A DNA stretch of 13,235 nt from Nanobdellota archaeon. GTDB lineage: Archaea > Nanobdellota > Nanobdellia > SCGC-AAA011-G17 > VGLX01. The translations under genes were made by a program, and so were the position numbers. The stretch covers positions 1-13,235 of the forward strand of contig JAHIPG010000324.1 of the NCBI GenBank assembly GCA_018894775.1, given 5' to 3'. Below, one piece after another: positions 1 to 7,043 of this stretch; position 1 is the first letter of the stretch; every line of letters starts with the position of its first letter. The notes beneath the pieces were generated by a model that saw nothing but the letters and a program-made list of their open reading frames with translations, was not told the origin of the DNA and searched no databases.

Positions 1-71
1 AAGAATCTAAAACATTCATAGAGCAATTCATAAATCTTTCTTTCTCCATCTGATAACATGATATATTTAAT

Positions 72-87
72 ATATCAATTGATATAT
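72..87. repeat. Perfect 16-bp palindrome TATATCAATTGATATA just downstream of the leuS stop
   Basis: Read directly: the reverse complement equals itself. AT-rich, so more likely a protein-binding site than a stable hairpin. Confidence 0.8.
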
Positions 88-102
88 AAAGGTTTTCATC
101 TT

Positions 103-2979
103 TCATGCTACTAGAATTGCCGGCTTCCCAGGCATTGCCTGTTTTGCCTTATGTTCTTTGCTTTTTTCAGCCTGGATTATAACAACTTTTGTTTTGAATT
201 CTTTCTCTATGAATGTTTTAGATTCTTCCAATGCCTTGAGTTCTTCTTTTTGTGAGATCACAATTTTTGGCATTCTTGAAGGATTCTTCACCAACATTGG
301 AACCATTTTGCCGACATCTTTTTCATGGCCTTTTACCATGCAGGCTTTTATTATTTCCCCTATATTCCTGGTTTTCTCCATTTGTTGTTTCAGTTTCTTA
401 AAGAAAGCGTATTTCCATTCTTCTGGTATAAACAATTCCAATTTCTTTGCCTGTTTTAGTTTTGCTAAATGTAATACCGAGATTATATCTGCCCTTAGAT
501 TATCGACTATATCATCTTGGTATTCTGCTTTTTCGCTTATCAGTTTTTCATTATGTTTTGGCCATTCCTGTGTTGATACGAATCCTTTGTTTTTCTTGTC
601 TGTGCTCCATAATTCTTCTGCCAGATGAGGCACTAGAGGCATCAGCATTGTTGCCCATTTATTACCTACATAATCGTTTATTGATTGTAATTCTTTTCCG
701 CTAAGTCCTTTATTTAGCAGCTGTCTGTAATTGTTATGCATTCCATACAAAACTAGGGTAGAATAATCCCTTAGGTTCATTTCTTCCAGTGATTTTTTTG
801 CGTTTTTGATTGCTCTTTCTGTTTTGGATACAAAGCTTGTGTATTTTTTGTAGTCATCTGATTTTCCTTTATGGCTTTGTATTTTTTTCAAAGTTTCATA
901 TAATATTACTAGATGCTTCTTCATTATCAGAACTTTATCTGATTCCCAGTTGAAGCTGCTTTCTACGCTTGTTGAATTACACATGAATGCTCTGAATGAA
1001 TCTGCTCCGAATTTTTCATTGACGTCAACCAGTGTTATTACATTTCCTTTGGATTTGCTCATCTTGTCTCCTTCGGACATGACCATTCCATGGAAAGATA
1101 CCCTTTTTGGCCAATATTTTTCTTTGAATGCTGATGCATGAGCGAATATCATGAATGATAGATGGTTTGATAAGTGTGCTGTAAAGGTATGCCTCTGATC
1201 AAAAGGATACCAATAGTTCCACTCTTTGTTCATTTCCTCCAATATTTTCTTTGATATCTTTGTTTTTTTCTCTACATCTGCTGGTTTTCCTTTTGAGTCA
1301 AATATATAATTGAAGAATTCTGATGTTAGTTGTTCTTTCTTTATCTTATGTTTTCTGATTATGTGGTTTATTGGATATAATGACATATAGATTGTTGAGT
1401 CTGATAGTGATTCTATGATCCATTCTTGGTCAAATGGTATTTTGGTCCCTAAGCCTCGTTTTCTTGCGCATGGTCTTTTGTCTAACCAGTCAAATACATC
1501 CTCAAATTGTTTCCTGTATTTTTCTGGCCATAGTTCCAGATTTTTTAGAAGCTTCATCGCTTTTGGCTTCCATCCTTTTGCGTTGAAGTCCAGGAACCAT
1601 TGTTTGTCCAGTGTTGCTACTATAACTTCTCCACCATCTCTTGATAATGCTGGTCTTGATGTTTCATAGAGGATATCTGCCCTTTTTTCTTTGAGCAGTT
1701 GTTTTTTCATGCCTTCTTTTGCATCCTCAACCTTTTTTCCTTTGTAAGGCCCACAGGTATCTATCATTATTCCTGTATGGAATCCTACTTTGTATATTTC
1801 CTGTGTTGCTTTTGCTATCTTATCATGCTGCTCTAATGTTTTTATACCTAATTTCTTGCAGATTTCTACTGCTGGAAAATCACCATAGCCCTTTGATTTA
1901 ATTATCGGAATAAGTTCTATCTTTTTGACTTCTTCCCAGTTTAAACCATATTTTTCACACATATGTTCTGAGTTTTGGAGCTCTCTTAATGCTATATAGT
2001 CAAATGGTGCATCACTTGGAACTGAGGTAACTATTCCTGTCCCTATATTTGGATCGCAATGTACTGAGGGTAAGATTAGAATTTTTCTTTCTACGAATGG
2101 AGCAAAGCAGAATTTGCCTAAAAGGTCTTTTCCATTTATCTTTTTGATTTCCTTGACTTTTTTATTCTGGTATTTTAGTTTTTCTGCACATTCTTGGCTT
2201 ATTATCCAGTTTTCTCCATCAACTTCTGCTTTGACGTAATTTACATCAGGATGTATCCACATGTTTGTCTGACCATACATGGTTTCTGGCCTTAGTGTTG
2301 CTGCCATCAGATACGAATCATCTATCTTGAATTTGATTAGTGTGAATTCCTGTATATCCACAGGGTCTGTATCCCCTTCTTTTATATCATCTTCTCCCAC
2401 TGCGTTGTTTAATGTCTTGCTGAACAGGATTGGATAGTTTCCCTGTACTAAGTATCCTTTTTTCTGGTATTCCTTAAACTGCCATTCCACTAATGCCTGA
2501 TGCTCTATATCACCTGATGTGTAGCTTCTTCTCCAGTCTACAGATAGTCCAAGAGTTTTGAATTCATTTATCATTTTGGGGATGAAGAATTCTACTATTT
2601 TTTTAGGGTCTTGGAATGATTTCATTATTTTTTCTACTTTTTTGTCATCTTTTTCGTATTGTTTTACATAGCCTTTGTATAGTTTGATTGTTTTCTCATC
2701 CCTGGCCTCTATTGCTAGTGATATCCCTAAGACGGGTGTTCCTGATATGTGGAATGCCATTGGATAGAGTACATTCTTTCCCAGCATTCTTTGGAATCTT
2801 GTATAAACATCAGCCTCTGTTACGACTCTAGCATGACCTATGTGTAGACTGCCAGAGATGTAAGGATAAGGTACTGTCATGAAGAATTTTTCTTTCTTTT
2901 TATCTGGTTTAGCTTCGAATAGTTTTTTTTCTGCCCATTTCTTCTGCCATTTATGCGCTATCTTATTTAAATCATCCAT
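103..2979 (-). CDS. leuS: Leucyl-tRNA synthetase, archaeal/eukaryal type
   Basis: 958 aa. HIGH motif (SLHIGHARV) near the N-terminus and KMSKS (DKMSKSKGN). Overall architecture and local motifs (PYPYISGSLHIGH..., KTIKLYKGYVK) resemble archaeal LeuRS as I recall the Pyrococcus enzyme. ATG confirmed at 2977-2979 (cat on plus), stop at 103-105. Confidence 0.9.
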   Translation of the reverse strand: MDDLNKIAHKWQKKWAEKKLFEAKPDKKKEKFFMTVPYPYISGSLHIGHARVVTEADVYTRFQRMLGKNVLYPMAFHISGTPVLGISLAIEARDEKTIKLYKGYVKQYEKDDKKVEKIMKSFQDPKKIVEFFIPKMINEFKTLGLSVDWRRSYTSGDIEHQALVEWQFKEYQKKGYLVQGNYPILFSKTLNNAVGEDDIKEGDTDPVDIQEFTLIKFKIDDSYLMAATLRPETMYGQTNMWIHPDVNYVKAEVDGENWIISQECAEKLKYQNKKVKEIKKINGKDLLGKFCFAPFVERKILILPSVHCDPNIGTGIVTSVPSDAPFDYIALRELQNSEHMCEKYGLNWEEVKKIELIPIIKSKGYGDFPAVEICKKLGIKTLEQHDKIAKATQEIYKVGFHTGIMIDTCGPYKGKKVEDAKEGMKKQLLKEKRADILYETSRPALSRDGGEVIVATLDKQWFLDFNAKGWKPKAMKLLKNLELWPEKYRKQFEDVFDWLDKRPCARKRGLGTKIPFDQEWIIESLSDSTIYMSLYPINHIIRKHKIKKEQLTSEFFNYIFDSKGKPADVEKKTKISKKILEEMNKEWNYWYPFDQRHTFTAHLSNHLSFMIFAHASAFKEKYWPKRVSFHGMVMSEGDKMSKSKGNVITLVDVNEKFGADSFRAFMCNSTSVESSFNWESDKVLIMKKHLVILYETLKKIQSHKGKSDDYKKYTSFVSKTERAIKNAKKSLEEMNLRDYSTLVLYGMHNNYRQLLNKGLSGKELQSINDYVGNKWATMLMPLVPHLAEELWSTDKKNKGFVSTQEWPKHNEKLISEKAEYQDDIVDNLRADIISVLHLAKLKQAKKLELFIPEEWKYAFFKKLKQQMEKTRNIGEIIKACMVKGHEKDVGKMVPMLVKNPSRMPKIVISQKEELKALEESKTFIEKEFKTKVVIIQAEKSKEHKAKQAMPGKPAILVA

Positions 2980-3005
2980 TTTCGTTACCTTATGGAGTGA
3001 AATGA

Positions 3006-3014
3006 TTTTTTAAA
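3006..3014 (-). promoter_or_regulatory. Putative TATA box for leuS (TTAAAAAAT on the minus strand), about 31 nt from the ATG, implying a near-leaderless transcript
   Basis: A/T hexamer at the archaeal -26/-30 distance; no SD upstream of leuS. Confidence 0.3.
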
Positions 3015-3027
3015 GGTTTTGAAAAGG

Positions 3028-3035
3028 TTTTTAAA
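3028..3035 (+). promoter_or_regulatory. Putative TATA box (TTTTTAAA) for tRNA-Arg
   Basis: Centred about 29 nt upstream of the mature tRNA 5' end at 3061; divergent from the leuS promoter. Confidence 0.35.
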
Positions 3036-3060
3036 CAACTAAGTTTAGAGAAAAATACAA

Positions 3061-3135
<75 letters not shown>

Positions 3136-3160
3136 TCCTTTATTTTTTATTAGAGAAACG

Positions 3161-3169
3161 TTTATAAAA
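3161..3169 (+). promoter_or_regulatory. Putative TATA box (TTTATAAAA) for tRNA-Cys
   Basis: Centred about 30 nt upstream of the tRNA 5' end at 3195. Confidence 0.35.
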
Positions 3170-3194
3170 TGTTTAATCTGTTAAATTAGCTAAT

Positions 3195-3266
3195 GCGCAC
3201 GTCGCCAAGCGGCTAAGGCAAGAGGCTGCAACCCTCTCATCGCAGGTTCGAGTCCTGCCGTGCGCT
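3195..3266 (+). tRNA. tRNA-Cys (anticodon GCA)
   Basis: Acceptor GCGCACG/CGUGCGC, anticodon stem AGAGG/CCUCU with loop CUGCAAC (GCA). T-stem GCAGG/CCUGC, T-loop UUCGAGU. Discriminator U, as expected for tRNA-Cys. 72 nt, no CCA. Confidence 0.85.
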
Positions 3267-3332
3267 TTCTACTTCTGAGTATAAATCCTGCACACAAAAG
3301 GCTTAAAAAGCTACTATTAATTCAAATAATTT

Positions 3333-3746
3333 ATGAAACTTGAAGGAATTGTTAAAGAAGGTAAGGGAAGAGCGAATATTACAATAGCTAAACAAAAAAT
3401 ATGTTTCCAACAATTAGGTTTGAAGAATGTGGAAAAATTTAAGGATGGAAGTATTAACATAGATATATCGCCTTTAAAATATGAGATACTAAATTTTGAT
3501 TATTTTTTTGAGAATGTCGAGTGGGATAAAGATAAAACAGAAAATTTTGGTTTTGTCACAATAGAAAAAATTATTTACAATAATTGTAAGTGGAAAAAGC
3601 CAGGATATATTTATATTCCCCACAATAGCCCTCATTTTAGTAATAAAAGCCAATTTGAGGTTATATCTATTGAAATAGATGATATAATGAATGATAAAGG
3701 AATATGCTTAATAATTAAAGAAGGAAAATTAAAGCATTACCATTAA
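3333..3746 (+). CDS. Small protein resembling archaeal CTP-dependent riboflavin kinase (RibK/DUF120-like)
   Basis: 137 aa, host-like AT-rich composition. N-terminal EGxVxxGxGR motif, then DGSINIDI (compare GTLNLKL), then FGFVTIEKI, P..PH.S..SQFEVISIE, DKGICLIIKEG. This follows the pattern and spacing I recall for M. jannaschii RibK; the alignment is from memory, not computed. Confidence 0.5.
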   Translation: MKLEGIVKEGKGRANITIAKQKICFQQLGLKNVEKFKDGSINIDISPLKYEILNFDYFFENVEWDKDKTENFGFVTIEKIIYNNCKWKKPGYIYIPHNSPHFSNKSQFEVISIEIDDIMNDKGICLIIKEGKLKHYH

Positions 3747-3781
3747 GAAATAATATCAGCTTCGCACTAGTTCTCTTCAAT

Positions 3782-3791
3782 ACTTTTTTTC
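3782..3791 (+). terminator. Oligo-T tract (CTTTTTTTC) downstream of the RibK-like gene, a candidate archaeal intrinsic terminator
   Basis: T7 run 36 nt after the stop. Confidence 0.3.
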
Positions 3792-3827
3792 AAGCTTGTC
3801 TTCAAAAGATTAATTTTAAAGCGTATA

Positions 3828-3849
3828 ATATATTGGATATCCAATATAT
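3828..3849. repeat. Perfect 22-bp palindrome ATATATTGGATATCCAATATAT
   Basis: Checked base by base; centred on GGATATCC. Lies in the convergent intergenic region between the RibK-like gene and the SPFH gene. Confidence 0.85.
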
Positions 3850-3862
3850 ATGTATAAAAAAA

Positions 3863-3906
3863 GGAGAGAGAAAATAGATGCTAATTAAAGCAAATACTTT
3901 CTCTCC
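3863..3906. other. Weak inverted repeat/hairpin (GGAGAGAGA...UUUCUCUCC, 9 bp with one G-U pair, about 26-nt loop) next to an A7/T7 run, in the 3' region of the SPFH gene
   Basis: Seen in sequence; the long loop makes it a weak structure. Confidence 0.3.
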
Positions 3907-3914
3907 CCAGTTAA

Positions 3915-3925
3915 GCGCAGGCTAG
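3915..3925. repeat. Left arm of an 11-bp perfect inverted repeat (GCGCAGGCTAG) that flanks the SPFH CDS; the partner arm is at 5973-5983
   Basis: Exact reverse-complement match; both arms also sit next to a TTAAG/CTTAAG motif. Confidence 0.8.
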
Positions 3926-3942
3926 GTCAGGGTTATTGGTTA

Positions 3943-5928
3943 TTACTTCTGGGCTTCTTTGACTTTTTCGTTGGTGTCAAGGATCTTGAAAAACTTCAGC
4001 ATCTCAACATTGTCCTGGTAACGGATAACATCGCCATTACTATTTGTAGTAGTTCCGCTACCGCCGCCGAAGAAGTCGTCCAGGGGCAGGATACTAACAC
4101 CTTCCAGCCGTTTGGCAGCCTCATAGGCCACGACGTATTTGGCGCCATCACCTGACCATGCATCGACCAGTGCTTTTTGTCCTTCAGCTTGAGACAGTTT
4201 CTCGGCCAGAATCTTGGCTTTGATACCTTCCGCTTCCCTTTGGGCAGCGAACAGTTGGGCTTCAGCGTCAATCTTGACTTTCTCAGCATCACCCTTGGCA
4301 TTGAACTCTTTCTCAGCCATCGCAATTTTGGCAACATCTCTGTTCTGCTCAGCTTTAAGTTGGGCTTCCATCTTCAGGGCTTCAGCTTTAACCTTTCTGC
4401 TCTGAAAGTCGACCAGCTGTTTCTGTCTTTCAAGCTCAGCATTGGCTATCTGGGTCTTCTGCTGCTGGAGATATTTCTCTTCCAGTTTCTGGGCGATGAC
4501 CTTCTGGGTGATAGGATCACGCAGAGTTTGGGGAACGTCAAAATGCCTGATAAGGGTAGCATTGACCTGAATCTTACTCAGAGCACATTTCAAGGTCAGC
4601 TTGTCATTAAGTGTGGTCTGGAATACTTCCCGGGTTTTACCATGGACGAATTCTTCACCCTTATTCGTGCTGCCAAGGATTCTTGCGAATGAACGGGCAG
4701 ACGGCCGGATGATCTTATCCTGAACGTCTTTGACGTCTCTGCCAACAGTGGCGACAACATAAGGTGAATCCTGGGGTAGGATCTGCCACAGAACTGTCAG
4801 ATCAATTTCAATCTCGAAACCATCATCAGACAGGAAGGTGATTGAGTCAGAACCTTGTGTATCGCCCTGGTCTGCCTGCAAAGTCATCTCATATCTTTGC
4901 TGCCTTACATCAACCACGACAATCTCAAACTCAAAAGGGTTGACATAATATAGACCAGGAGACAGGCTGTCTTTCCGGATACCTCTTTGGCCGGCATTGG
5001 CAAGCAGTTGATCAAAAGGCTTGGTTTCGCCGGTTTTTGCGATCTGCACACCTATATGACCATCAGGTACGTTTATGGCCGGCACAATCTTCACATCATA
5101 ACGGTAAGGATGCGCATACTCATAGTACATACCGGGCTGCAGGATTTCTCTCTGGATACCTCTGAAGTTGCTTTCTCTGGCGACCAGGATTGTTCCATAA
5201 GGCGGCTCATCACCTATCTTCTTGGTTACAACGCCGACCTGGCCTTTTTTGATGACGATTGCATCGATGATTTTGATATCAACAGCTTTTGGGTTGAGGT
5301 AGTACTCACCAGGCTGCAGGATTTCTTTCTGAATACCGCGGAAATTATCCTCCTTGGAGACTAGGATTGTCCCTGCAGGTGGCATGTCACCGACCAGTTT
5401 TGTTACGATACCTATCTGTCCGTCTTTGATGAATTTGGCAGGCTGCCTGTCAACCTTCATATATTTTGGGTTGATGGGATGCGTACCAGGAGTCAAGACA
5501 GTCTTACGAGGACCTTTCTGACCCATCTTGATGAACTTGCCGTCTTTATCAAACTCATCATCATCGGCAAGGATCTGACCAGGTCTCAAGGGCAGACCGT
5601 CAAATGCTTCAATGGTACCTACCTGACCAGGTTTGATGGTAAACATTGGTTCCTCATAGATGTTTATCTTCCAAAGGCGTGCGAACAAGCCCACATACTT
5701 GAAACCAGGCATGAGGACTTCCCGCTGCCAGCCTTCTTCACCTTTTTCGACAACTATCCGTGATGGATCTGAAGGTGTTTTACCGATTTTTACAAAAACA
5801 ACTCCAACATTCCCACCTGAGATGGATGTGAAGGAGGATGCGATGAATATAATCCCGAGAAGGATTATACCTATCAGAATGAATAGGCCTTTTTTGGGCT
5901 TAAGTTTGGATACGCTTTCTAGGTCCAT
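3943..5928 (-). CDS. Flotillin-like SPFH/band-7 membrane protein with an internal 4x tandem repeat insertion
   Basis: 661 aa. N-terminal TM (GLFILIGIILLGIIFIASSF). SPFH start motif GNVGVVFVKIGK...VLMPGFKYV. SPFH core (TLQADQG...ITFLSDDGFEIEIDLTVLWQI...). C-terminal Ala/Glu/Lys-rich flotillin-type helical region (KIDAEAQLFAAQREAEGIKAKILAEKLSQAEGQ). Canonical SD AAAGGAGA 8 nt upstream of the ATG. Spot count 30/60 GC at 4021-4080. Confidence 0.8.
   Translation of the reverse strand: MDLESVSKLKPKKGLFILIGIILLGIIFIASSFTSISGGNVGVVFVKIGKTPSDPSRIVVEKGEEGWQREVLMPGFKYVGLFARLWKINIYEEPMFTIKPGQVGTIEAFDGLPLRPGQILADDDEFDKDGKFIKMGQKGPRKTVLTPGTHPINPKYMKVDRQPAKFIKDGQIGIVTKLVGDMPPAGTILVSKEDNFRGIQKEILQPGEYYLNPKAVDIKIIDAIVIKKGQVGVVTKKIGDEPPYGTILVARESNFRGIQREILQPGMYYEYAHPYRYDVKIVPAINVPDGHIGVQIAKTGETKPFDQLLANAGQRGIRKDSLSPGLYYVNPFEFEIVVVDVRQQRYEMTLQADQGDTQGSDSITFLSDDGFEIEIDLTVLWQILPQDSPYVVATVGRDVKDVQDKIIRPSARSFARILGSTNKGEEFVHGKTREVFQTTLNDKLTLKCALSKIQVNATLIRHFDVPQTLRDPITQKVIAQKLEEKYLQQQKTQIANAELERQKQLVDFQSRKVKAEALKMEAQLKAEQNRDVAKIAMAEKEFNAKGDAEKVKIDAEAQLFAAQREAEGIKAKILAEKLSQAEGQKALVDAWSGDGAKYVVAYEAAKRLEGVSILPLDDFFGGGSGTTTNSNGDVIRYQDNVEMLKFFKILDTNEKVKEAQK
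4909..5637 (-). repeat. Four tandem in-frame repeats of about 55-70 aa (about 160-200 nt) inside the SPFH gene
   Basis: Protein repeats IK[PDK]GQ[VI]G.[VI].K..GD.PP.GTILV...NFRGIQ.EILQPG.YY.NP (aa about 98-166, 167-225, 226-287, 288-340). The nucleotide copies are visibly similar, e.g. 5254-5430 against 5068-5253 share runs such as caggctgcaggatttct.tctg.ataccg. Confidence 0.7.
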
Positions 5929-5972
5929 AATTTTCTCCTTTGATTAGAATTTAAGTGTATTGTTTTAGGAAC

Positions 5973-5983
5973 TAGCCTGCGCA
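5973..5983. repeat. Right arm (CTAGCCTGCGC) of the inverted repeat flanking the SPFH CDS
   Basis: Reverse complement of 3915-3925. Lies in the 71-nt spacer between the 6-TM gene and the SPFH gene. Confidence 0.8.
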
Positions 5984-5998
5984 GACTAATGCCTTAAG

Positions 5999-6601
5999 TT
6001 ATTCTTGCTTTGTGACCTTTTTCAAAATCAGGGTTCCGAGAGTTCCTACCATTGCATCCAGGATTGCGATGAATCCAAGAATCCGGAAATAGTACTCCAA
6101 GAATCCTGGATTTGTCTTTTCAAGATTCGTGAAAGAATCAGGAAACATGATAAAGAGTATCAGCATTCCTGCTACGATCCCTATTGAGATGATCGTACCG
6201 GTTTTGAAACCCTTTACCAGATTGTTGAGTTTGCCCATCGTGAGATTAAGAATCATCGATAATTGGGCCAGTGATCCTGCTGCAATCATTGTGATGAAGA
6301 ATGATTTCCATGCGAGATCATCTTCAATTTCGAACCAACCCCAGATGAGCATGAATGCAGTTAGGAACGCTAATCCTGAGGCAACCATACCTGTGATTGT
6401 TACTCCAGGATACTCCCCTTTTTCATGTAGTGCAGCACAGCTGAGGCAGGTTAAACTGTAACCACCGATTATTAATGTTGTGAGCATGACTTTTATGGTT
6501 GTGTCATTGAATTCTCCAAAGAGAAGTTCGTAACCACCTATGACTGCTCCAATGCCTATTGCTACAAGCATTATGATTAGAAATGTTTTTTTGATTCCCA
6601 T
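5999..6601 (-). CDS. Integral membrane protein with 6 predicted TM helices, internally duplicated as 3+3; upstream partner of the SPFH gene
   Basis: 200 aa, six hydrophobic 20-25 aa segments. The two halves start alike (KKTFLIIMLVAIG and WKSFFITMIAAGS). SD GGAGAAG about 7 nt upstream of the ATG. Same strand as the SPFH gene and 70 nt upstream of it, so probably one operon. Confidence 0.65.
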   Translation of the reverse strand: MGIKKTFLIIMLVAIGIGAVIGGYELLFGEFNDTTIKVMLTTLIIGGYSLTCLSCAALHEKGEYPGVTITGMVASGLAFLTAFMLIWGWFEIEDDLAWKSFFITMIAAGSLAQLSMILNLTMGKLNNLVKGFKTGTIISIGIVAGMLILFIMFPDSFTNLEKTNPGFLEYYFRILGFIAILDAMVGTLGTLILKKVTKQE

Positions 6602-7043
6602 GATTCTTCTCCTTTTTTTTAGTTAGTTGTTTGTTAAAATGGTTATTTAGAAAATTTATGTAAAAGGATTAAAACCCGTTATATGATTTTAAAACCTATT
6701 ATTATAGTTTTTATAGAGTTCTTTCAGGGTTTTCCGCAAGTTTTTGACGTCGGGAAAATGTGTTTTTACCGTAGATATAAAACAAGCTATCTCAGAATAA
6801 TGTATGCTTTAACGTCAACGTTTGTCAATCGTTACATCCCGCGTTGTCCAAGGTTTTCCAATCAAATTGAAATGACCTTATAGCTATTTTCTTATCATAG
6901 ATTTGATGTTATCAAAACTTACGAGTTTGTTTTAAGCTTGTGCGGTTCCCCTCTGAAGGTTTATATTTTTAATTTAGTGTAGAATATCAGGGACTGATTC
7001 CGGCTTTATAAACCTTTTGATTGTAACCACTACAGAATGGTTA

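Noticed and set aside
158-1901. Plus-strand ORFs (158-628, 447-704, 950-1141, 1415-1669, 1719-1901) inside the leuS region
   Set aside because: They are antisense shadow ORFs of a well-supported 958-aa LeuRS, with low-complexity Leu/Ser/Phe-rich translations typical of the reverse strand of an AT-rich gene.
3878-3925. The 15-codon micro-ORF with an SD, read as a real gene
   Set aside because: It is too short and unconserved to call, and the SD-like GA-run is part of a hairpin arm. I mentioned it only as an observation.
3996-5947. Alternative-frame ORFs (3996-4337 -, 4177-4692 +, 4214-4405 +, 4987-5364 +, 5479-5763 +, 5660-5947 +) overlapping the SPFH gene
   Set aside because: The higher GC of this gene reduces stop frequency in other frames. 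None has motifs or an RBS, and the 661-aa frame has clear SPFH/flotillin homology.
3915-5983. The 11-bp inverted repeat as a statistically significant signal on its own
   Set aside because: By a rough estimate an exact 11-mer inverted match is expected about 20 times by chance in a 13-kb window. The repeat is notable only because both arms lie within tens of bp of the ends of the same compositionally atypical gene, so I kept it as a finding but not as standalone proof.
6683-6883. 66-aa ORF in the 440-bp intergenic region
   Set aside because: Low-complexity, no SD or promoter spacing, and it sits in a region dense with stops in the other frames. More likely non-coding.
6602-7043. Possibility that the long gap encodes RNase P RNA or SRP RNA
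   Set aside because: I looked for conserved motifs (GGAAAGUCC / P4 ACAGNRA context; SRP GNRA-capped GC-rich helices) and saw none; the region is too AT-rich. The ncRNA question stays open only in a generic sense.
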